DNA of 63,020 bases, filler included, from Perkinsus chesapeaki ATCC PRA-425 (lineage: Eukaryota; Protista; Perkinsozoa): the NCBI GenBank assembly GCA_013115145.1. It is 8 parts of 8 records of this genome, joined end to end, with 100 filler letters (N's around TTAATTAATTAA, not from the genome) between each part and the next. Parts side by side here need not be neighbours in the genome. Positions count along the whole stretch, not along the records: positions 1 to 14,388 come from JAAPAO010000754.1; positions 14,489 to 22,534 come from JAAPAO010000995.1; 6 more parts are not named here. The stretch is one strand, 5' to 3'. Made by a program: the position numbers and the translations under genes. The notes beneath the pieces are model-generated. The model was given only the letters and a program-made list of their open reading frames with translations. It did no database searches and was not told the DNA's origin. Shown in pieces: positions 11,900 through 22,634 of the stretch (position 1 is the first letter of the stretch; each line of letters starts with the position of its first letter).

Positions 11900-14260
11900 G
11901 AATGAAGTAGTATCTGAGTAAGCACCACGTTTAGTCTTGAGTAAGCACCACGTTTAGGTTAAGAACTGAGTATTATTATAATTACACATATATGACATTA
12001 GATAAAGCACCGGCGAACATAAGAAATTTTGGCTGGGAATGTAGCTCGAACCATCTATAGAAGAGTGGAATGAAGTTATAGGCTACGACTTCTATCGAGT
12101 ATCTGAATGAACATCAATGAAACAAATAGACTGAGAGAAATGAAGACTCACAACAGAAGCCTGCCTACGTGGGATAGGTTGCCGATTACTGCGACTTCTA
12201 AAAATTGTGCTCCACGTAATGATGCTTCAAGAAACATCTTAGCAATACCAATGAATATTCTGACAAAAGTTATAATGCATGATTGTATCTTATTATTATT
12301 ACACCAGCTTAACCCAATATGTAGCATTTTCATATTCTCCTATTCTTCTTACATTACCACCACTTTCATTATTACTCCTATTGCTGGACGAGAGCCTTCG
12401 CCGTTGCCTTCTAGCTCCTGGTGTTGGTGGATTAGAGGATATTGATTTTGGAGGAACACCTCCAGCACTAACGCTGCCACCAAAACGGGGGCATTGCGAT
12501 TCGTAACTTTGGTAATAACTACTGCTTCGTCTCCTTGCTGCGGGCACTCGCCGACATCCTATTTCTGATGTTGCTGATGATGATTCCATTGAGGAAGATT
12601 CGTAGAACTACCCACTAAGCTGAAGTTGTTGGGTGACAGTAAAGTCCCTATTGAGCAAAGTACAAGCAAAAATGCTCAATCAAAGTGAACCCTACACACA
12701 GCTTGTATGTGCGTACAACTGGGAGATCACTGCCCTGTTGTTATGCAAGAAATATCTATAGCCTGAGTTGAACAAGAAAGCCAAACCGTTCCGAACACGC
12801 AGGGTTGAACCATATACATGACCAGTGCTCTTCCTAATGTCTCGAGCTGGGTTGTTGTACTACTTGAAGCTGTGATTGAATATACATAATATACTACCAG
12901 TTAAGGGCTTATGTCTTTCCTATTTTATCATATTACTTAACACAACGTAATCATGAACATATAACCAAATAAATTATTTGAAATAATGTTTATTGAAGCT
13001 AAAAGGCTAGAAGCAACCTTCAACAAATAATTTTTGGATGGCTCATAATGCACCAAGGAAGATGTACATAAAAACGTAATAATAATATACGCAACATACC
13101 ACAACAACAACAACAACTTATTAGTAGTAGTAGTAGTAGTAGTAGTAGAAGTGAGTCGAATATTCTTAATATTGGGGTGGTGGTATCTGATATAATGTCA
13201 CATGGCCATTATTCTATTATTGTGCATATGACATGTCCCTATTTTTACCCACAGCCTAGTTTAATTTAGCCGTTACTGTTATTACTCTCGACTCAGTTCT
13301 CTATATTTTGCTATGATTGCCGTGATGTTAACGATGATGTGAGTCCACGATTACGGATACATGATCTCGACCAGGATATGGCTATGGGGATGTATGCAAT
13401 GACCACTAAAACCTAATGGCGACCATAAATAATGCATTAGAATTATGCCACATGAGAGTACTACTAGAGTGAATAATGGAACTATGAGAAAGTGATTATC
13501 GCCATTGGTAAAATGTTCTGTCAAGGTTCTTGGATTAACTGATATCGATATAGCGAGTTGTGTGGCATATCCTATACAACGTAATCCTTTTATATTCGCA
13601 TTAGCTAACATATGATACCTGGATATGGATGATGATACACCTGGAAAATGATAGACTCATAAAATCTCACTTTGTGTCTTGGAATATGGTATTCAATATC
13701 ACCGGTAACTGCGACTTATATAAAGCTTCTCCAAAAGAAATGATTCCAACTATAACAAATACATTAAGATAATCCTCTAGTGTTGGTGTCTCCACCAATA
13801 ACCAATTTCCGGAATTGTCTAAATCCTAAACAACGACAAAGATTAGCACATACACAAGTAAGATTAGCAGCAAGATTGACCAAGTCGAACTCTAGCATCT
13901 TACCGGCTTATAATTTGGCCTCTCAAAAGATCCAGCAGGTGCATTTATATCAAATGTGAATATAGCAAATGAGAATAGGGTAATCCCAATAACTATACTA
14001 ATGGTTGCCAGGAGGATAACCTACAATAGTACAATAATATATGTTCTAAGTCAAACGGCTGAGATTGTTGTTTATGGCTATGATACTTACGTATCGCTTT
14101 CGCCAGCCTGTTTTGTATAAAAGTAGCCCAAAAAAGAATGCTGTTATACCTTCGGCTATTTGAACAAAACCTGCAATCAGATTTCCAACTTTACCACCTA
14201 ATATTGGGTTAACCAAGCATAATATAACATCACCATATAGAATGCCCTCAACCTGACAAT
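11900..14260 (-). CDS. Multi-pass membrane protein, paralog B (5' part lost in the gap), multi-exon, approximate
   Basis: The exon starting near 14252 (VEGILYGDVILCLVNPILGGKVGNLIAGFVQIAEGITAFFFGLLLYKTG) aligns by eye with the paralog A exon starting near 6983. Both have the same TGTCAG|GTTGA acceptor context. Confidence 0.5.
11915..11957. repeat. Short direct duplication (2 x 20 bp, period 23)
   Basis: TGAGTAAGCACCACGTTTAG at 11915-11934 and 11938-11957. Confidence 0.9.
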
Positions 14261-14315
14261 GATAATAATAATAAGGTACAACAAGATAGTGCAACATAGA
14301 TAGGGAGTAGGTTAG

Positions 14316-14388
<73 letters not shown>
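14316..14388. repeat. (TAC)n microsatellite ending at the contig break
   Basis: Uninterrupted TAC run up to the spacer. Confidence 0.95.
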
Positions 14389-14488
14389 NNNNNNNNNNNN
14401 NNNNNNNNNNNNNNNNNNNNNNNNNNNNNNNNTTAATTAATTAANNNNNNNNNNNNNNNNNNNNNNNNNNNNNNNNNNNNNNNNNNNN
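14389..14488. other. Artificial scaffold spacer N44-TTAATTAATTAA-N44 (also at 22535-22634, 29118-29217, 53430-53529, 57071-57170, 59002-59101, 61651-61750)
   Basis: An identical 100-bp linker with a six-frame-stop core occurs 7 times. Confidence 0.98.
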
Positions 14489-14612
14489 TTTTATAGTATT
14501 TGCTCTTCAACTCCCCCCTATCGCGTCGAGTTATACAGTTTGGTATGGAAGATACTAACATTCGTTCCGATCACTTTACAACGCAACTCGTTGACACTGA
14601 ATCGTTGGCTGG

Positions 14613-17600
14613 TCACGCAAGAGCCTCTATATTGCTAACAACAGCCTTCATCTCAGCGGGCGCGTCGGAGTCCATAGACTTCAGAGATGCAACCAAGTCC
14701 AGGTTGGACCTGAACCACCGCGTGTCCTCGCAAACGAAAGCATTCGAACTAACCTGCAGATGTCCAGCAGGATGTCCACCAGTGTTTGCCTCAAATCGTC
14801 AAAGGACTCGTCCACATCAAGAGCGTTGTAGGCGCTGACCAAGGAGCTCACCATGGTGTTCATAACCTGGAGGAAAGATAGTCCAAAAATAATGATAGGA
14901 AGCCAACCTCGGTGAGACTTTGCTGTGCTGTCTCAAGTCGAGTCTTGGCATCCTCCAGCGTGGGATTTCCAGCTTGAACCGATGTTTCCATGCCTGAAGG
15001 GAAAACTGAAAGGAGCGCGAGCTTCAGCCCTTACCTTGCACAGATGCCCTTAGTGCCTCCAGTTTTCGCCGACTCCTTGGAATGAGCTCCAGTAGGACTT
15101 CTCTTGCACAATAATCGGATAGAACTACAACGAGTCATTTATTATCATGCAGAGCCGTGTTGGAGAATCAATCGAAAATCGAACGAAATAAGCGAATTAT
15201 CATTTGTCATCTATAAGTTTAAATCATCGCAAATATTGCAATCTCCCCAGCATCGACAAAGCTCTGAAAAGCTAGTAGTTGTTTATCTTATCTAACAGAA
15301 CGTTATTTTAAAAGTTAGGATTCAGGAGCAGCCCGGCCACTTCACCTTCCCGAAGGCCCCCCTGAGCTTTCAAGAGCATATACTGGGCAACCGCCATGGC
15401 CGTGACAAGGTCATGGTCCAAAAGTGCACCAAAAGTGCAGGCCAACCGAACGGGATAATAACGGAAGAACTCGAACACCGACCTGGCAAATACATAATCG
15501 ATCACCAGGGCGAGCGCTATTGTCATAAAGTCTACCCGGCAATGGCCAAATCATACTCTCGAGCTTCAGTGGGATCCGCAGGGCGAGTCAACGGCAGCAC
15601 CTGAATCTCAAGTGTTCCAAGATCCTCGACGGCAATGGGTCCTACCTGACTATGTAGTTCGAGAACCCTTGTCATGTGCGTTGGTGTTCTTGATCCAGCT
15701 TGCAGTAAAGCATACCTTATGGAGCGATGGATGGCAACACAGAGGGCCCGGCTGGCTTACATGAACTGTTCGATCGCCTCTGCAGCACTCGCCTTCCCGG
15801 TAGCGATGACGCCAGAGAGTTTATCTGTTCAAGGAGATTTCGGGAACGGGATTTGAAGCTTGGTTTTACCGAGCACTGCGCTTTCGTCAGCGTCTTTAAC
15901 TCTGACCAGTTCGGTCATTTCAGCATACAGCGGCGTGGGGTCCTCGGCGTACTTGTTATTGACACGAGGCTCCGCGGGGATCAAGGGGTGCACCTTCCAC
16001 AGGGAATGCGGAATGAACCAATTTGGTGTTCTCTAAACTTTTCCTTATCAACTAGCAAATTTCTGCCACTTCCAATCGATCCGAATCGCTCTGGTGTCAC
16101 TTCGGCTCACTTGACACTCAAGAGGGACCGGCCCATATTTACCATTTCAGTAGCGAAATATTTCCTATCGAATTTACCATAACATTCAGTGCTCCTGTTC
16201 CTGCTGCTGCTGCTGAACCACCCCAAAAACTTTCTCCGCCAGATTCCCCTTACCGATTCCGGCAAACGCGTGACGAGATTCTGGTGGAAGCTCAGACGCA
16301 GCAACGCGGCAAGGCCAGCACCGACGAGTGTTGGCGATTGACGGCTCGGACTGTCTGAAGCAGGGAGTTGTTAAGGAACATTAAACCTTTCCAGGAGTAA
16401 TGCATTTGCTGCTCCTCCAAGCGCTGGGAACATTTTTTCAAAAGGAATATCTATCATATTTCCTCCGCATTGGGTACACCTTTCCGTGAGGCGCGGAGCC
16501 TCCAACTCACTCTCATCCATATCAAAGTCCCATTTGTAATCGGTGCTTATCAAATGGACAGCCAAGAAGTCAGCCAAAGCCTGAACACAAAAACGAAGAA
16601 ATCATCTCGACTGTAGCGCCGCTACAGTAGCGGGACTACAATCTTATATGATGCTGCTTTGTCTTCACGATATTCGGACGGAGCGAAGCGTTTCATGTTT
16701 ACACATTTCCCACTTACCATTTGAGTTCTTATATCAGCATCATCATCAACAAGGGGTTTCTGTCCAGCTATCATCATCTTGACTGCGTCTTCGATCAACG
16801 GCTTAGTGCTCGATTGCAGCGCCATCACGCTGTCGATGAGGCGAGTGAAGAAGAGCTTGGGAGGCTGAGGGCGGAACAGTGCGAATGGCCACACGGTGGG
16901 GATGATCGAGTCGAGTGGATGCTGAATGCAGTTAATATGCAAATGACTCCGCTATGACGAGTTATTACTATAACTCATTTTGGTCCGGAAAACAGGAGCA
17001 TCGCTAAAATGACGGAGCAAAAATGAGGCATTGAAGCTCGACTAGGTCGGCAATGTTGAGCCTTCAGTTATACAAAAAAGAAAATGGAAATTAAGATATA
17101 ATACTTCTCCGTACTACTTTAAACAAACCACACCAGAAGGAATGGGAAATATCAAGCTGGAATTCGCCACACTAAAAACGCTAATGTTTTATAGAAGTGT
17201 CTTGCCTGGCAATGCGCAACTGCCGAAAAAGGATTCCACTAGATCGCTGGTTCCCAAACCGACCTCTTGGATCCTGTCTGTGGGGTAAGGTTGAACCAAC
17301 CTATTGAACATACCGTCTACCAAACGAGGGAGGAAGTCCCCGGACATCACTGGCAACTTGAGCAGTTGTTTGGCGCACTCTCCGACGTCTGAAAAAATAC
17401 ATGCTTAAGATTCATAATATTTCCGCTGCGTTAGTTGCGCACAATAGCGTGATGGCAAAGGTCTACTGCCGACGACACGGGTATGCTTTGATGGGGCTGA
17501 AGTTAGAAAAATTCTTACAAAAAACCAACTACACCATCCGATAGAGAAAATTAAGGGGATTCAGAAATTCTGAATCAGAATATATCTGTCACACCGTTTC

Positions 17601-19667
17601 AAACGTTTTCAGACGAGTCTCAGACTTCAAAGAAGTACACATGTTGGAGATTCACCAACTCCGGTGAAGCGTCTTTCACACTTCATTACTCGAAAAACAC
17701 CAAGTCGCCTTTTAACGGGTGGAACTCCATCGCTTACGCTTATCGAAGGCCGTCATGATCTCATCGAAAAGAGTATCCAAAATATATCCGTCGTGCACGC
17801 TCAACCTCTTGACGAAACCGTCAGTGTCCACCGGGGGCTCGGTATCCACCTTGGACGAGGTGAGGGGCAAACGGAAGGGGAAACTTCGGGGTAGTGAATC
17901 TGAGGAGGAAAAAGAGAAATGTGGCATTTACAAATTTAACATGGAATGAAAAATTAAACAAGGGGGACTTATGGAAAATGCTGAAGACAGAAATAATTAG
18001 TAGTTTACGAAAGATAGGAAATGATTTCTCGAAATAAGGGGGGACATGAATCTGTATCACATCGGGAAAAGTTGTCGTAATAGGGAGGAATAAAGAGCGA
18101 AAATCAATGACAATACCAGCAGGGTGTTCAATAGCCACCATTACCAGGAATTAAGGAGCCCTCCTAAGATTAAATTTAGTATTTGAAAGCCGCTCTTGGC
18201 CGTGCTCTTGAGGTCTATTAAACGGCCCCAGGATCACCAGTGCGAGCAGACGTTGCGGCGATGATATTTTTCCCGGCAAATCTGTCAGTTTCCGCGAGTG
18301 CCCACATCTGTGCGTTTAGGAAACGTCACGGGCTCCGAATAGCTGAAGTTCCCCCTACTACGGCATGATTCCCGAAGCTCTAGTAATTGCACGCTCACAC
18401 AATTTTACGGTTTTTCCATCAGAAGTCCCCCTCCCTGCCACATTACCAAGCCTGTCCAGCCTCCAATCGATATTAGGTATCTCCAACATGTGCTCCGGTT
18501 GATTAACGGCCAGCTTGCTCGCCAACCCCGGCATCTCGTACGGCCTCAGCAACACCGGGCTCCCCTCGGAATTCTCAATTTTGCTCCAAACTTCATCGCG
18601 CATGGATTTCACCGCCTCTACAAGTCGGTCGAAATCGTCCTTCTCGGAATGGTCTCGGAATGCCGCCGTACAAGCCGCCAATTTCGTGCGTCGCTCCGCC
18701 CTCTCTTCTGTCATTTTTTCGGCCTCCGAGATCATTCCATCGATCACTTCTTCGTTTTCCTTATATAGGTCCGCGCTGATGACCAGCAGCCCATGCAGCG
18801 CGACGTAGACAGGCAGCTCAACATTGTGAACATCATCCGACTTCCGCAAGTCCATTAACTCCTGCATCGCCCCGAGGACCGTCTCGAACAGCACACAGCG
18901 ACAATTTGCCAACTCCACCAAAAATCTCATCAAAATTTTCATACTTAATATTGTGGAGCATTCCCCAAGGTGGCCGGCGGCGCGATCGACGAGCTCAGTT
19001 ACGAAGACTCTGTGCGGTCGAACTAGCAGACCGAGCCAGGCAGCGTAGACGGAGGTCTTCTGGGGGAGGTAGGTGACGCTGAAAATTGAAAGAAAAACAT
19101 TTATCGGTTCCTCCACTTTTTCTGAGCACGCGAAGAGATTGGTATCGGACTGAACACGTAGATGAGGGAAGCAACCCCGGAACGGTAAATTAATGAATAT
19201 TTGATGATGATACTTCAAAGAAGCGCTGACGACACATTAGTAGCTGTTGACTGATATCCACTTAGAGGCGTCGAAGGCTCTCATCGATACGATGCTGCTG
19301 CCGGAATTTTGACGGGGAATTAACCCCTTCTTGTGTTCTAGTAATAGCGAGCGAGGGGATCGAACCCACCACCTCTCCCATGAAAGCCACCAATGCTAAC
19401 CGTCTCACCATTCCATCACTGTATCTTGCATCACTTGTTTATGTGGCACTATATCCTCCTCCAGACCGATCGACAAGCCCTTCAGGTTGCCGGGGATCTT
19501 CTTCTTCTCCTCCCCGACTTTCACTATCTGACCAAATATCAAGCCATACCGCACTCGCAAGAATTTGAATCAGCGTTGAAATACACAGGGAAAATTACCC
19601 AGAATTTTACGCAAAATTCCGGAAAATTTTTACATCTCCCAGCAAAATAGGTTTCAGGCGCCACCAT
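14613..19667 (-). CDS. NCBP1: Nuclear cap-binding protein subunit 1 (CBP80, MIF4G folds), multi-exon
   Basis: Spliced exons give IVKVGEE..GNLKGLSIGLEEDIVPHKQVMQDTVMEC|VTYLPQKTSVYAAWLGLL, the conserved CBP80 N-terminus (intron 19408-19079). Later exons give FLAVHLISTDYKWDF and LRLSFHQNLV, corresponding to CBP80 WFSHHLSNFQFRW and RLSYHQRI. Both ends are approximate. Confidence 0.8.
19343..19402 (-). pseudogene. tRNA-like relic (Glu-like) in an NCBP1 intron
   Basis: GGTTAGCATTGGTGGCTTTCATGGGAGAGGTGGTGGG TTCGATC CCCTC GCTCGCT A TT lies just after the GTGAGA donor at 19408. Confidence 0.65.
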
Positions 19668-19739
19668 TTTAGGATATGATGAAGAGTGCACTGAGACTCC
19701 GATTCACACACCGTGGGCTGCAGTCAATGAATCACACAA

Positions 19740-20960
19740 GCGTGGCGAATTGGCATGTGAGATATGTCCCGTAAATTGCCAGCAGATACTCGCAAGGCTG
19801 AGTCGTTCTTTTCGGTGGACTATCTTCCTGTTGATGACTGACGATTGCAGCGCTTATTGTGCTCCATGATTCTGGCGAGATGACAGAAGGACATGATAAT
19901 TTGCGTGGCTGTGCTACAAGCAGGATTCTCCTGCTCAAGTGTCGCGAGAACAGGAGCCAGACTTGTGATGGCTGGGCCGAGTCGGCTTCGGCTTCTTAAA
20001 AAACGCTCTTAGAATAGGACCAATCTTTTATATCCCTCTTAAGCACATTCCACTATGCAGACGTTTACCAATTGTTCCCTCGGCTACGCCAAGAGTCTGC
20101 CCCTCGGAAGATTTTTATTTCCTTATCTTTGCGAAAGCACATCCGTTGCCGTGATCTCACGCGTATCAGATAGCACCTTCCTCATCTTAGCTTTTCTGCC
20201 GGCGTGGTGCAAATCTACAGGGTGTCCCAAGAAATGTGCTTCTTCTAATAACTTTTTGAGCAGGCAGATATCTCGACGACACGTGCGACGTTCGAAAGCT
20301 CTCGAGAGTGTCGTTCGCATGGTAGCCGGTTTTTTCGAATTTGAAAATTCAGATTTCTCGCCAACCACATTGACCATCATCATGGGTCTTATACCACTGG
20401 GACACCCCGCATAACGATCACCTTTATCTCTTTATATCGATGAATGACAAGTGTCTATTACCCTCTCTGCTCATCGTGTCGAGCAGTAGCGGCGCATTAC
20501 GTCACTGTAGGTGTAGTGATAGTATAATAAATGTTATTATAGAATACCCGGTATAGTAGTAAACTGGATAGGAAATATGCTACTAATAAAATAGTGATCA
20601 ACAAATGGCTGAACGGCGTTCTTTTATATAGCCTTGTCGATTCAATTATTTCCAAGCACTGAACCCCAACCCGAGCCTTGCCAGGCATTCATTTCACTGC
20701 GCCGCTTAAAGTGCAGGGTGCTTCGAGAATGTTATTGCCAACTAGCCCACCATTTTGATAGCTGTGTAGGGCTCTCGATAGTCCCGCTTCCGACTTGATG
20801 CCGATTTATGCACATTTGGCGCGCAGTCAAACATCACGTCATTCGTTAACATGCACTGCCTATGGCAGCCTGCCCTCCCTTTATTACCAACGCTCTTATC
20901 CTCTGCTCGTCCGGTGGCAGCTGTGATGCGTTCATCTTTTAAGAGCCTCAAAAACACAAC
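19740..20960 (-). CDS. Hypothetical protein, multi-exon, approximate
   Basis: Protein-like minus-strand ORF segments at 20742-20957, 20497-20688 and 20123-20383, separated by short gaps. No recognisable domain. Confidence 0.35.
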
Positions 20961-21511
20961 AACTAGTAAGAAGCCTCGCGGCTGATTGGGATGTTGATTT
21001 ATCGGTAAAATTCTGAGACTCCACTCATCGGGTCGTCAAGGGACGGATGCCGCAAAATATTGATTATTATACGGTACGGTGCACCGCCTTTGATGATGCC
21101 TACTAAAAGTGATACTATATCACTGATACAGTACACTTTAATTGTCAAATGGTAGGTGATGACGATATCGATAAGAAAATGAGGTATTCTTAACCATGGA
21201 AGCTCGAGTAATATTTTTAGGAAATTAACTAGTGATTATTATAATGAAAAACTTCATATGTTACTATGAACTATACTCAAACTCCCTGACAGACAGTTCC
21301 GATAAAATGGTTCTATTACCGATATAAAATTGCCAGGGAGTTGTTTACCCAGCAGTCGAAGGAATATCAAACGCGGCGGCCTCCTGAGGACCCCCTGTAG
21401 TAGTATTAACACCACAGCTATCAATTACAGTAGGAAACGCACTTATAAAGGAGGAGAAGGATGGATAATACTAGGATACTACAACAACAACACTCAACTT
21501 TCTACCAACGT

Positions 21512-22429
21512 CTACGTGCTCTTAACGGCAGCAGCAGAATCAGCCAACTTGCGGGCCTATGTGCAAAATTTTCCGATTAAAAATGAAAAGAGCGGTATTA
21601 CTTTCTCCGTTATAGCGCTCGGGGTAATACCAGCCGCCTTCAGTTGGTTCTCAGGCGTATCAGCTTCGTACCTAAAATTATCAAAATGTTCCACCCAGTA
21701 ATCGAACCCACGACCTTTCGATTGGAACACAATCTATAATACTTTATATATTATTTAAATTAACTTATTTATATCTTATCTTTTATTTATATAATTATAC
21801 CTATATATGATATCCCGTTATAATGGTAATAATCTGGTATTTATAACACAGCCACAGCATCCTCTCCACTCTATAGGATTCACTTCCCACAAAAAGTTCC
21901 ATTTCGACCGGGACCATGGTTAGTAAAAAACCATCAGATTCAACCGCAGTCTTCCCCCGACATGAAGTGGCATTTAACGGAGAAAAATCAGCGCCTAGGA
22001 TTTTCAGAGAAGAGTGAACTATTTTTAGTATAAAAAAAGCAGCTATAAAATGAAGCAGAAAATCGAAATCCACGGAACTTCCGTTGAACTGTGTTAAAAA
22101 AGCAATAAAAATCCCCCTGCCGAGGATCGAACCCGAGCCTCCTTCCTATTACCATTGATCAGGCACATGTATCGTGCCGACCTGCAACTTGCCATCTCCA
22201 AGCAATCCCTTAGCCGCCTGCAATCCATACTATCAACTTCATACCGCTCTCTCCGCATATTACCAAAAATTCCAGGACATGGGACCCGAACCCTCCGACA
22301 GAGCCCTCCTCGACAGTAACAAGAACGTCATGACCCTTCGCCAGAGAGGATATCATCTCCTCGTCCAGCGGCTTCATCCATCTGGCGTCAGCAACGGTTA
22401 CGTGATGACCGTACTTGGTCGATAGAAGC
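21512..22429 (-). CDS. dxs: 1-deoxy-D-xylulose-5-phosphate synthase, C-terminal exons (5' part lost in the gap)
   Basis: Exons 22429-22264, 22217-22153, 21671-21602 and 21556-21512 splice in frame to [114 protein letters not shown]. This is the DXS transketolase C-terminal domain. Confidence 0.92.
21683..21729 (-). pseudogene. tRNA 3'-half relic near the acceptor end of the 481-nt dxs intron
   Basis: TGTTCCA ATCGAAA GGTCGTGGG TTCGATT ACTGG GTGGAAC A TTTT. Confidence 0.7.
22107..22141 (-). pseudogene. tRNA 3'-half relic near the donor end of the 481-nt dxs intron
   Basis: GGCTCGGG TTCGATC CTCGG CAGGGGG A TTTTT; the T-stem still pairs 5/5 with wobbles. Confidence 0.75.
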
Positions 22430-22437
22430 CTGAGATT

Positions 22438-22534
22438 AATATATAAATGTAATGATATAATAATAATATATAAATGTAATGATATAATAATAATATATAA
22501 ATGTAATGATATAATAATAATATATAAATGTAAT
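22438..22534. repeat. AT-rich 27-bp tandem repeat (about 3.5 copies), intronic, cut by the gap
   Basis: Unit ATATAAATGTAATGATATAATAATAAT. Confidence 0.9.
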
Positions 22535-22634
22535 NNNNNNNNNNNNNNNNNNNNNNNNNNNNNNNNNNNNNNNNNNNNTTAATTAATTAANNNNNNNNNN
22601 NNNNNNNNNNNNNNNNNNNNNNNNNNNNNNNNNN

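Noticed and set aside
12037-12062. GGTTCGAGC B-box-like word on the - strand (also GGTTCAACCC near 12800)
   Set aside because: Both read as open coding exons of membrane paralog B (YRWFELHSQPKF; VYGSTLRVRNG) and lack the +12/A/oligo-T geometry.
14389-14488. Repeated TTAATTAATTAA palindrome flanked by N runs (7 copies)
   Set aside because: Assembly linker, not biological. ORFs containing X residues that run into it are artefactually extended.
21801-22425. ORFs 21801-22073 (-) and 22174-22425 (+) from the ORF track
   Set aside because: The first lies inside the long dxs intron and the second is antisense to dxs exons.
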